Of a DNA stretch of 64,000 bases, positions 51,291 to 60,826 are shown in pieces. The stretch comes from Truepera sp. (GTDB taxonomy: Bacteria; Deinococcota; Deinococci; Deinococcales; Trueperaceae). Location of the stretch: contig CBDCKW010000005.1 in assembly GCA_965218435.1 (NCBI GenBank), forward strand, positions 256,001-320,000, given 5' to 3'. The notes beneath the pieces are model-generated. The model saw only the letters and a list, made by a program, of their open reading frames with translations, had not been told where the DNA came from and searched no databases. Both the position numbers and the translations under genes were made by a program. Positions within the stretch are counted from its first letter, which is position 1; each line of letters begins with the position of its first letter.

Positions 51291-52592
51291 TTAGGCAGCG
51301 TTCACAGTCTGCTCGAGCTTCTCAAAGCCGTCTATGATGCTCGGAATCATCCGGGCATTCTTGGCTGCTTCAAGTCTCGCGTGGGCAAGAGCTGCGACAA
51401 CACCTTTCGGCGCTTTACTTTCACCTTGCTCGAGCTGCGTTTCAAGCAAGGTGACGATGGTCTCGGGAACGTCGGCTTCCGCTTCGTCCCTGACCTCGGC
51501 ATCATCGGCGGCGAGAAGCTCACTACGAGCTTTCACCTCAGCGGTGACTTTCTCGGTCGTTTTGCGACTTTCGAGCCACCTGTCCGATGGTGCTTCTGTG
51601 GGCCAGCGAGGACCCTGGGTACGTGGTGCCGGTTGTACCCTTACGCCTTTGCCAAGCACCTCTGCCCAGTAACCTGCACTCCCACCGCGACCACATTTCT
51701 GCGGCGGCAGCGGGGGCACGAAGTCACTTACCTTCGGCCCGCCTGCCAGCTCAGCTAACGCGTCCTGGTAACTTACTTCACCCGCTTCGGAGACAAGCTC
51801 GTCGGCACGTTCGGCGACCAGAGCGCGTTCTTCGATGTCGTCTTCATCACCAAAGTGGGGTGACGAAAGCGGATCGAGGTTGCGGCTGGTGTCTCTGACA
51901 AACCGCGCGTGCTCAAAGCTCGGGGCTGAAGCACCGAACAAAGAAACGCGGCGTATCGGATCACGGGCGTCGAGTTCGGCGGCTTCTTTCCAGGTGATGT
52001 CGGCCTTGTACCCAAGACGCTGTATCACCCCGAAGTCCCGACCGCTGTTCTGCATGAAGTCTTCTTCAAGGTCCCACGGCGCGACTTTGGTCAGCGTAAG
52101 TGACCTGGTCAGCGGGTGGGTGCGTTTGACGAGCGTGTGCCAGCCATTTCTGGAGGCGGACTGCTCATCCCACAGCTCTCGAAGAAGCTCTTTGAGAACG
52201 CGGCGGTGGTTTCTCTTGCAGCGGAGGTCTAAACGACCCGAAGCTGCTGCGGGGGCGACTTTGTTCACCACGAACTTGGCGAAGTTCGGATTGTTACGCA
52301 GCCGCTGCCCGAACTCTTTCCTGACCATCTGCTCACGCGAACGCCGGTTGACGTCGTCAGCAGAGGACGAGTAAAAAGAGAAGAGCACCACATCCGAATT
52401 CACGAGGCGGACGAGGAGCCTCATGGCGAGAGGGCGGACGTCATCGGGACAGACAAGTCGAACGTTTCCGTCCAACACATCTGCTGCTCTCTTACGAGCT
52501 TCCTGGGCAAACTTGGCGTCTGCCTGATAGCGCCCCAGAAACCCTTTGACACTCTGACCAAACACAAACGTATCCTCCTGCTGGTTTTGCAT
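51291..52592 (-). CDS. Hypothetical protein (433 aa) with a duplicated N-terminal domain
   Basis: AGGGGAAGGGG RBS before ATG 52592; no family recognised. Confidence 0.7.
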   Translation of the reverse strand: MQNQQEDTFVFGQSVKGFLGRYQADAKFAQEARKRAADVLDGNVRLVCPDDVRPLAMRLLVRLVNSDVVLFSFYSSSADDVNRRSREQMVRKEFGQRLRNNPNFAKFVVNKVAPAAASGRLDLRCKRNHRRVLKELLRELWDEQSASRNGWHTLVKRTHPLTRSLTLTKVAPWDLEEDFMQNSGRDFGVIQRLGYKADITWKEAAELDARDPIRRVSLFGASAPSFEHARFVRDTSRNLDPLSSPHFGDEDDIEERALVAERADELVSEAGEVSYQDALAELAGGPKVSDFVPPLPPQKCGRGGSAGYWAEVLGKGVRVQPAPRTQGPRWPTEAPSDRWLESRKTTEKVTAEVKARSELLAADDAEVRDEAEADVPETIVTLLETQLEQGESKAPKGVVAALAHARLEAAKNARMIPSIIDGFEKLEQTVNAA

Positions 52593-52914
52593 GTCTTTCC
52601 CCTTCCCCTGCTTGAATTCAGACAAACCTGAGACTTGGCAGTTTGGCTTGTCTGTCGTGAGCCTAGCAAGCCCTGAATGTTCTTGTGCTGTTAAGGTTCT
52701 ATTACGCGAGGGACGCAAATACAGCACAGATGCCGAATACGGATTGCACCCCTCGAAAGTTGGTGCTACACTCCAGGAGCATTTCGGTCTTCTGGACCTA
52801 CTTGAATTACCAGGCGGCAGAGTTTTCTTGGCAGTTGCTCACCGCCTGGGCTTTTTTTGCCCCGACAATAAAAAAGCCTCGCGTGGGGGCTCGAGCACTA
52901 CAAGGGTGGTGAGG

Positions 52915-53345
52915 CTACGCGTCGAACAGCTCTCTAATCGGTAGTTGCCATCCCGGTACGACCTCGCCGCCGTCGAGGGTGTCGTCTACATCCAGCACCT
53001 TGACATCGGCGTCGGGGGTGTGAACCGAAACCTGCTGCCTGCGCGGATTGACGACGACCATGCCGGAACCCGCTTCCAGCCACTCGGCCACCTTGTCGCT
53101 TACCTCGGTATAGAGGTCGTTAGGGGAGACGACCTCCACGGCTAGGTCGGGCGCACCGGGCCAGTAGCCCTGCACCGGACCAACTTCGTCGAGTCGCTTC
53201 CGGCTGATGAAGGCGGCGTCGGGGGCGCGGACGGTGTCGGGATTGCTGGCGAGCTTGAAGCCAGTCTCGGCGGCATAAACCTCGCCGAGCTTGTTGGCCC
53301 TTAGTGAGTATCGAGGAGTGTCCCAAAGTTCATCGCTAAATTTCC
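52915..53345 (-). pseudogene. Uma2 family endonuclease, 5' deleted and frameshifted
   Basis: AETGF.L...DTVRAPD.AF...APDLAVEVVSP.D...W...G...V.P. Confidence 0.85.
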
Positions 53346-54022
53346 GTGTTCATTTGTGGTGGGCTGCACTCGAGTGGTCGCGTCTACCTCCTTTTTTTTG
53401 GTTCTTACCGTATTAGGAAGCTAGAGCCTTAAAGGTAAGACTGCACGGCACGTGCGGTGTTTAACGGTACTTCACGCTCCTGTCGACCTCGGAGACGGTG
53501 TGCGCTTTGTTGCCTTCGCGCTTTATAACCGTTCTCGCCACACCCTTCGTTAGCCTAAGTGGCAGCCCTTCTTACCGAACCGCACGCGTCGAGAGTTAAA
53601 GGAATCTCCTTCAAGCCGTCTTCGTCCTAGCGGGAGTTCCCACAGTTCTAGCCCGGTTGCGTAGGCAGCTGAGCGGAAGGTTACTTCAGCAACCTCTTCG
53701 GCGGCGACCCCAGCAAGTTGGGCATCATGACGTCTTTGCAACACGCATGTCTGTGTGAAGCCACTTTCTTTGTAATCTATGAAAAACTTGCCGACGTGAC
53801 CGTTCTGGTTCACCGCCCCATCGTCCGCCCGACAATCTGCTGGATCGACTTCATTCCCTCTCTGACCACCGCGCCTAACACACCCCACATCATTACGCTC
53901 GCAGATACCCGGTTTCATACCGACTGGGCTGCCGTCCCCGAAGGCTACGCGATCCCACACGTCAAAGGCGTACCACTTCCCGGCACCAACGACTTGACGC
54001 TCGAAACCTTTACCGGCAGACC

Positions 54023-54496
54023 ATGAAGCGGCTCCTGGTGTTCTTGCTAGTCACGTCTTTTGCTACGGCCCAGGATGCGCCGACACCTTTCGACGAACCC
54101 GTCGTCGCGTCGGTCGCCGGAGCCGGGGCGATCATTCAGGCCGTCGTCGGAGCGAAAGAACATGTCTTTTATCTGACGCCTGAACTGAACAGTCGGGCAC
54201 TCAAGGGTGAACTTGCCCGCCTTGCCCGGAACGTCGAGGTCTACGTGGTCGTCACCGAGGGTCGTGTCGAGGGTGCCGAGGCACTGGTCGCTGCCGGTGT
54301 TCAGGTCAGGACACTGCCACGAACCGCCGAAGGGCTGTTGCTTATCGACTATACGAAGCTCTTCGTCGGCGGCATCCTCACCGGCCTCGGCCAGGAAGCG
54401 ACCTATGTCGACCTGGAAGCTTACGGCAACGACGTCGTCGTCCAGCAGCTCAGGGGGATCTGGCAGGCGGCCACCCCGTTGGGAGAGACCCCGTGA
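54023..54496 (+). CDS. Secreted protein, possibly a degenerate PLD-like fold
   Basis: Signal peptide; A...VF...V.VYVV...L.AAGV.VR...LLID; no HKD. Confidence 0.55.
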   Translation: MKRLLVFLLVTSFATAQDAPTPFDEPVVASVAGAGAIIQAVVGAKEHVFYLTPELNSRALKGELARLARNVEVYVVVTEGRVEGAEALVAAGVQVRTLPRTAEGLLLIDYTKLFVGGILTGLGQEATYVDLEAYGNDVVVQQLRGIWQAATPLGETP

Positions 54497-54559
54497 ACGA
54501 ACAAAAGCCCGACTCCCAGGTTCAGCGCGAAACCCTAAAGCTGGTTTTGGGAGCAAGCC

Positions 54560-55902
54560 ATGCGTAGAACCTCGAGCACGGTTCTATTAAGCGTCTTCAT
54601 GGTTCTCGGTACCGCCCGCGCCCAGTTCCCCGATATCCCCCCCGGTCACTACGCTGAAACAGCAATTACCCAGCTGACCAACCTGGGTATCGTCACCGGG
54701 TTTCCCGACGGGCTCTTCCGGGGAGTGAGGTGTGGCAACAGCTTGCGGACGTCGAAATGGCGCTTGAAGCATTCGAGCAACGCCAAGTCCAAACCGCGCA
54801 GACGACGGAGAAGCTGGGGCGGCTCGAGGCGCGGCTGGCGGAACCCGAAGACCTGCTGATCAGGGTCGACAGCCGTACCCAAACCATGTCGGCAACCCAG
54901 AGTGCAATAGGGGAGATGCGAGCGGAGTTGACCGGAGTTCAGGAGAGTTTGACAAAGCTTGCCCAGAACGGCAAAGGTCGCCTTGAAGGGGTAGAAAACC
55001 AGCTGAACGCTCTGGAAACGCAACTTGCTACCCTCTCGGCTTCGCTCAGGTTGTTCGAGCAAGAGCAGAACAAGCTTAATAATGTTGTCGCCGACAGGCT
55101 TGTCAAAAAGCAAACGAGCGAACCGCTGGCTTTACTTACAATGGGTGGCGGGGTCGCCGGCAACGAGCCCGACTTTCTCGTCGGCCTCACCGCCCGAACA
55201 GACGTAGGCCAGGCCAGCCTTAGCGCCGACCGCCGGGGCGTCGCTGCGTATGGCGAAGCCGCTGTCCTCCCTGCCCTGGCGCTTTTTGGACGCTATACGC
55301 AGCACGCCCTTGCGCCTCAGGGGATTTCCGATGTTCGTTACGCAGCCGCGTCGGGTATTACCGCATCGCTTTACGGAGGTTATGACGGGGGCGTCGTGGT
55401 CGGAATCGACCTGACCCATGACGGGCGCGGCGAGGGCGCGCTGCTTGCAGGCGTCGATCTCTCGCTAGCTGCACTTACGAATCTCGAGGGTGAGACGGGT
55501 TTCGGCAGCGACCTGTTGTTCCAGGCGGCGACCAGTTACACCTTTCTGAGAGGATCCTTCGAGGTAACGCCTACCGCCCTGTTTCGCACAAGACTTGGCA
55601 ACGACGCCTATACCGTATATGGGGGTCGGCTCGGCATTGCTTACCTGGCTGATGCGTTGACCGCAACTCTGTCCGCACGTTACGAGGTGGCCACGGATGA
55701 TACAACCAGCACTGGACTTCCAGAAGCCAGACTGCACGTCGTGTTTCCCAGCGGCGCATTTTTTACCCTGGCCCTGGGTTCCGACCTGCCCGAGTTGTCG
55801 GCTCCTCCAAGCTTCAACGTACTCTCGCCGCTCGAGGTCGAGACCAGTGACTTTGGAGTGCGTGCGGGAATAACCGTGTCGCTAGACGAGCTTCTGCGGT
55901 GA
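54560..55902 (+). pseudogene. SlpA/OmpM-like S-layer protein (SLH, coiled coil, beta-barrel), broken near 54725
   Basis: Signal+FPDIPPGHYA...GIVTGFPDG.FRG; rest of the SLH missing, frame shifts to coiled coil and alternating beta-strands. Confidence 0.75.
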
Positions 55903-56252
55903 GAATCATCTTGGTCTTCCTGGTACTACTTACAGGCTGTGTGTTCGAGCGCAGTACGGGTTCGGTGCTCCAGCTCGAGGTAAGCCGCTATCCGCAGCAG
56001 GTCGAGGTAGGAACGAGCTTCGAGGTAGTGATCGATGTCTTCGGTATTCGTGAGCCGCTCGAGGTTGCGGTGACACCGGTCGAAGGGTTGCGTATCGACG
56101 AGACGGTCGGGGGAACTTTCGTGATGCTTGAAGTTACGGTCGACGCTTCGGCGACGCCCGGTGTGACGTCGATTCCGATTACCTTGCGCTCGGGTGTTCG
56201 GGAAGGGGAGATCGTCGTTGGGTTTGAAGTTCTGCCTAAAACAAAGCCCTGA
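55899..56252 (+). CDS. Lipoprotein with Ig-like beta fold
   Basis: LTGC lipobox; V.VD..ATPG...I.I; GTGA coupling. Confidence 0.65.
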   Translation: MRIILVFLVLLTGCVFERSTGSVLQLEVSRYPQQVEVGTSFEVVIDVFGIREPLEVAVTPVEGLRIDETVGGTFVMLEVTVDASATPGVTSIPITLRSGVREGEIVVGFEVLPKTKP

Positions 56253-56701
56253 TTGTCGTATTGCTCTACTCGCTTGCATATGTCAGCGCCCTTGGGGATG
56301 AAGGTTAGAGATTATGTGCAGACCAATCGGAGCGAGATGAGATAAATTTCAGGCTCAGAGAAAAGGGCGGCAAGGCGCGTGAGGTGGTGGTGCATCATCT
56401 GGCGCGGGGGCATTTAGACGACTATCTCAAGGACGCAGGTATTGAAGGAAAAATAGTACGCATAGTACCAAGTTCGTTTGCAACGACCCTGGCACCAGGT
56501 TCAGGCCCGGCATCGAACACGAAGACGACGACAAGGGTTACAGCTATATGCGGGTCAGAGCTTGTTGCAGCCTTCACGCGAAAGTCTAAAACCACATAGG
56601 TCAAGGAACCTATAAGACAAGAACCATCCTCAAGGGCAATCTGATCCTGCTCGAGGTCGCTAAACTGCCAAAAGAAACCCACAAGCCTTGGGCTTTCTGA
56701 T

Positions 56702-57890
56702 TGTCTTAGTCCGTTTCCTTGGACAAAATTAATAGGGTTTAGAATTCTGCCAGGGAGAGATATCGTGTCAGAAGGTAAAATGGTAGTCAGGCAGTACCCG
56801 ATGGAGTTCAAGGTCGATGCGGCCAAACTAGTCGAGGAGAAGGGCTATACCGTTTCAGAAGCCGCTAATAGCCTGGAGATTTCTCAAGCGAACCTCACCA
56901 AGTGGCGTAAACAGTATCGTGAGGGACGTTTACTACCCGGCCACAGGAGAGCCAAACCAACTGCTGAGGAGGTCGAGTTGCGGCGCTTGCAGAGCGAGGT
57001 GAAGCGGCTTGAAATGGAGTTAGTAACTGTAAAAAAGGCTACCATTTATTTTACGAGGCACTCGACCTGGGGTGTGCCTTCATCGAGACGCACAAGGGTG
57101 AGTTCTCGGTTGGCATGCTTTGTGGGGTGTTTGGGGTACCAAGAAGTAGCTACTATTACGCCCTTCGGCGGCGGCAAGTGCCAAGTAAACGCGAAAAAGC
57201 TAATCTTGCACTGCTCGGGCAGATCAAAACGGTGTTTACCAAGCGCAAGTGGTGCTACGGCGATCCTCGGGTTCACGCCGAACTCAACAAGCAAGAAGTG
57301 CCCTGCTCGCTGGCCCGGTTAAGCCCGATCAGGTGTGGCAAGCCGATCTAACCTACATCCGGGTCGAGCACGGCTTCGTCTACCTAGCTTGTGTGCTGGA
57401 CGGCTTTACACGTGAAATCGTTGGCTGGGCGGTGTCGAAGTTCATGAACGCCGACTTGCCCTTGACCGCTCTCAACATCGCCCTGGCCGTACGTCGTCCT
57501 GCCCCCGGTCTTTTACATCACTCTGATCAGCGGACAGGCCCGGAAGGTGCCGTTTTGTCCAAGACAAGGGGTGCAATACGCCAGCCGAACATACGTTGAG
57601 CGATTACGAACCGCAGGTATCACCCCAAGTATGTCCAGGAAGGGAAACCCCTACGACAATGCCCGCCTCGAGAGCTTTTACAAAACGCTAAAAACCGAGG
57701 AGGTCGATCTGCAAAATTATCTCGGCCTAGAAGACGCCAGACAGAACCTCGACCGCTTCATTGGCAAGTGCTACAACCACGAGCGTCTGCACTCGAGTCT
57801 CGGCTATGTCCCACCCGCCGAGTTCGCCGCCAGGTATCATTCAGCATAGAAGTGACTTGACCTCTGGTACGGTCTTTTGGGTTCACTCCA
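56702..57890 (+). mobile_element. Degraded IS3-family element
   Basis: OrfA (RQY..EFK..A), OrfB pieces (W.ADLTYI, HHSDQ/GVQYAS, DNA..ESF.KTLK, YN..RLHSSLGY..P); internal deletion and frameshifts. Confidence 0.85.
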
Positions 57891-58151
57891 AAAGGTTACC
57901 TAACACCTCCTATGATGAGGTTAGGCACGGCGTACGCATGTCTGAACGGATTATGCCAATGGATCGGCAGCCTGATATCCGGCGATGCGCTGTGCCCTAC
58001 TCATGGCGGGGTGTGCAAATCAACTTATGGCTGTAGAAACTCGGCTGACGGAACCTGGGCAACACCCCAAGCTCGTTATACAGACAGAACCATTCAAGCT
58101 ATGAGAGGGTAGATAATGCCTAATTAACACTTCGCCTTAGCAGCTACCCCG

Positions 58152-59210
58152 TTACACAGACAATGCTTTCATCACGGCTCTCAGCGTCGCAGCAATCTCG
58201 CCTACCCCGCCTTCGTCCTTACCGAGTTCACCCTCACCGAGTAGCGCTGCTTGTAAAGTGGTGCCGGTAGCATTCCATCCCGTCACCAGCATTCCTGGCA
58301 GGCGCGCTGCAGCATCCTGATTTTCGGCCACCGTCCGGGCATAGGCCAAAAACGAGCGCGCGACCTCCGGGTTTCGCCACGAACACGGCCAGACGGTAAA
58401 CCCGCGTTCCAAAAAGAGATCTACTGAGGCGTAGGCGGGCAGGGGCTCGTAGTGCCAATCGCACAAGATAATGTCGTTGGGAATCCCATCTAGAGCGCGG
58501 TAGGTACCGTAAACATCACCCTCCCATTCGCTGTAGCCGAGGCTGCGGGCGTCAACGAGCCGGTCAGCCCACATGAGCATCTGGGCACCGCGCTTGCCGA
58601 CCAAATGCTCATGAAGCGCGCGGGTCGTCTGCGCGAATAGCTCGGCCCGGTCCTTGCCCCGGCAGCGCGGACAGTGCTCGTCAGCCAGCGTAAAAACTTC
58701 GTCCAGACCGACGTGCAGCGCGTCGGCCTCAAACGCCTCTAGCAGCTCATCGACCAGGTCCAAGACCAGCGGCAAGACTTCCGGATGCAGCGGGCACCAA
58801 CTCCGGCAATAGATCTCCGGCCACTTGGCCCCTTCGGGCACGTGCGGAGTCTCGTCGAACTCCGGGTAGGCGCGTAGAAGTGAATTGGGCGCGCCGCCCC
58901 AGCCCTGATGGCCCAGGCATTCAAAGAGCGGAATCAGCCGGATGCCGTGCTCGCGGCAGAGCCGAGCGAGGTCGCGGGCGTCGGATTTGGTGAGCGTCCC
59001 ACCGCTGACCTCCGGATGACTCTTGAAAGTGAACGAGGTGTTGCACTCGAGCACCAAAGTATTGACGCCTAGAGGCGCAAGGGCTTCCGAAATCACGCGT
59101 TTAAGCGCCCCCACCTCCTCGTGCTGTCCAAATCGGAGATGAAAGCCTTTGAGCTGAGCTGATTGGGGTGTGGCGGCTGTCATAGTGCTCCCTTCTCTAG
59201 CGGATGTCAT
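58152..59210 (-). CDS. GH20-family glycoside hydrolase (hexosaminidase-like)
   Basis: LIPL..CLGH, HVGLDEV, MWADRL, CDWHY. Confidence 0.85.
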   Translation of the reverse strand: MTSAREGSTMTAATPQSAQLKGFHLRFGQHEEVGALKRVISEALAPLGVNTLVLECNTSFTFKSHPEVSGGTLTKSDARDLARLCREHGIRLIPLFECLGHQGWGGAPNSLLRAYPEFDETPHVPEGAKWPEIYCRSWCPLHPEVLPLVLDLVDELLEAFEADALHVGLDEVFTLADEHCPRCRGKDRAELFAQTTRALHEHLVGKRGAQMLMWADRLVDARSLGYSEWEGDVYGTYRALDGIPNDIILCDWHYEPLPAYASVDLFLERGFTVWPCSWRNPEVARSFLAYARTVAENQDAAARLPGMLVTGWNATGTTLQAALLGEGELGKDEGGVGEIAATLRAVMKALSV

Positions 59211-59411
59211 TTAGCTTGAGCTGAATCCACCCTAAAAATGCTTTCTGATACGCACTTTAGGTGATAAAGTTTTACTACGCACAGGTGAGCACGCAACGTG
59301 CTGCAGGCGTAGCCCTTAACCTATATGGCGTAAAACCTATGCGAATCCAACTTAGTCATTACGCAAACCGCCGTAAACATACTTAACGGCGGCGATGACG
59401 GCTCGGTCGGT

Positions 59412-60563
59412 TCACGCCGCCTCGCCCGGTACAAGGCCGACGGCGCGGCGCGCGCCACACGACTCGCGGATTTTGAGTTCAGTCGGCAAGATGACCTGGC
59501 TGGACAGACGCAGCTTGCCTTCGGCGCGGTCAATGAGCAAATGCGCGGCTCTAAACCCAAGATCATAACGAGGCTGACGCACGCTCGTAAGCGCTACGCT
59601 CAGTTGACTGACAATCGGCAGGTCATCGAAACTGACCAAGGCTAGATCGTCGGGTATGGCGCAGCCCGCGAGCTTGGCGGCGCGGACGAACAAGATCGCG
59701 GTACGGTCGTTGACAACGAACGCCGCCGTAGGCTGTTCGCGTTGCCTGAAAAAGCTCAGGTAGGCCCTGGCTTCGTCCTCCGAACCGGGCGTGCCGCCGT
59801 AAAACCATTCTTTTACAAAAGGGACGCGGTAGTCCGAGAGCGCCTTGCGGTAGCCCTGCCACCGCTCCCAAACCGAGCTGACCGACAGGGTGTCGACGCC
59901 CGCGTTGTAGTGCACGAAGGCGACCCTGCGGTGCCCCAGCAAGATCAGGTGTTCGGTAGCTCGGTAAGCGCCGCCGACATTGTCGACCCCGACGAAATCG
60001 GTCTCAATGTCGCGGTGGCGACGGTCGACGAGCACGAATGGCGTTGGCAACTGCTCCAGTAGCGGCACCGTCGTCTCCGGCGTGTGGGCGAAGACGACTA
60101 GCCCCGCACAACCCGCCTGGACGAGCCGCTCGACTTCATAGCGTTCTTGCGCCCCACTTTCGTGAGAGTAACCGAAGCCGACCCCGTAGTCGCGGGAAAG
60201 GCAAGCCGCACGGACGCCGCGCATGATATCGGTAAAAAAAACTTCGTGCCCGTCGCCGTAGGGCAAGATAGCGCCGATGTGGCGGCCCTCACCCGCTGCC
60301 GGTCGTGAGGCGCCGGGCAGGGCCGGTGAGTCTTTGACAAAGGTGCCACGACCGGGCGCACGTTCGATGAGGTGGGCTTCGGTAAGCGCCTTCAGCGCCT
60401 GCCGCACGGTGCCCCGGCTGACTCCGAAGGTAGCCCCGATAACCGTCTCGGGCGGGAGCTGTGTGCCTGGCGTCAGCGCACCCTCAGCCATTTGATCCCT
60501 AAAATGTTCAAACAACTGTTGATGTAGAGTACGCGTGTGCTTGACCGGATCACGTTTCGACAT
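59412..60563 (-). CDS. GntR wHTH + LacI-sensor regulator (AraR-like)
   Basis: LPPE...FGVSRGTVRQAL...GRGTFV; VSFDD...LTSVRQP...RESC. Confidence 0.92.
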   Translation of the reverse strand: MSKRDPVKHTRTLHQQLFEHFRDQMAEGALTPGTQLPPETVIGATFGVSRGTVRQALKALTEAHLIERAPGRGTFVKDSPALPGASRPAAGEGRHIGAILPYGDGHEVFFTDIMRGVRAACLSRDYGVGFGYSHESGAQERYEVERLVQAGCAGLVVFAHTPETTVPLLEQLPTPFVLVDRRHRDIETDFVGVDNVGGAYRATEHLILLGHRRVAFVHYNAGVDTLSVSSVWERWQGYRKALSDYRVPFVKEWFYGGTPGSEDEARAYLSFFRQREQPTAAFVVNDRTAILFVRAAKLAGCAIPDDLALVSFDDLPIVSQLSVALTSVRQPRYDLGFRAAHLLIDRAEGKLRLSSQVILPTELKIRESCGARRAVGLVPGEAA

Positions 60564-60620
60564 GTTGGCTCCCGCAAATACTTAAAGGCTTGTCCACTGA
60601 GCTAAGATTAATCCGGCCTC

Positions 60621-60684
60621 TTGACAAGTTATATCATGCACGCTACTTTGTCTATACCAATAATAGATTTTGTTTGTACCAATA
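60621..60684 (+). promoter_or_regulatory. Promoter and two candidate GntR operators
   Basis: TTGACA-17-TACTTT; TTTGTCTATACCAATA (60647) and TTTGTTTGTACCAATA (60669). Confidence 0.65.
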
Positions 60685-60826
60685 GCTCGTTAGGCGGGCC
60701 AAATGGAGAGGGAGGACCCTATACGACCATCCGATTAGTTCAGTTTCAAAGCACACCCGTAGCTACCCACCGTCAGGTATCTCATGCTCATTTGAGCTGC
60801 TGAATACACCCTTAGAGGAGAGCCGT

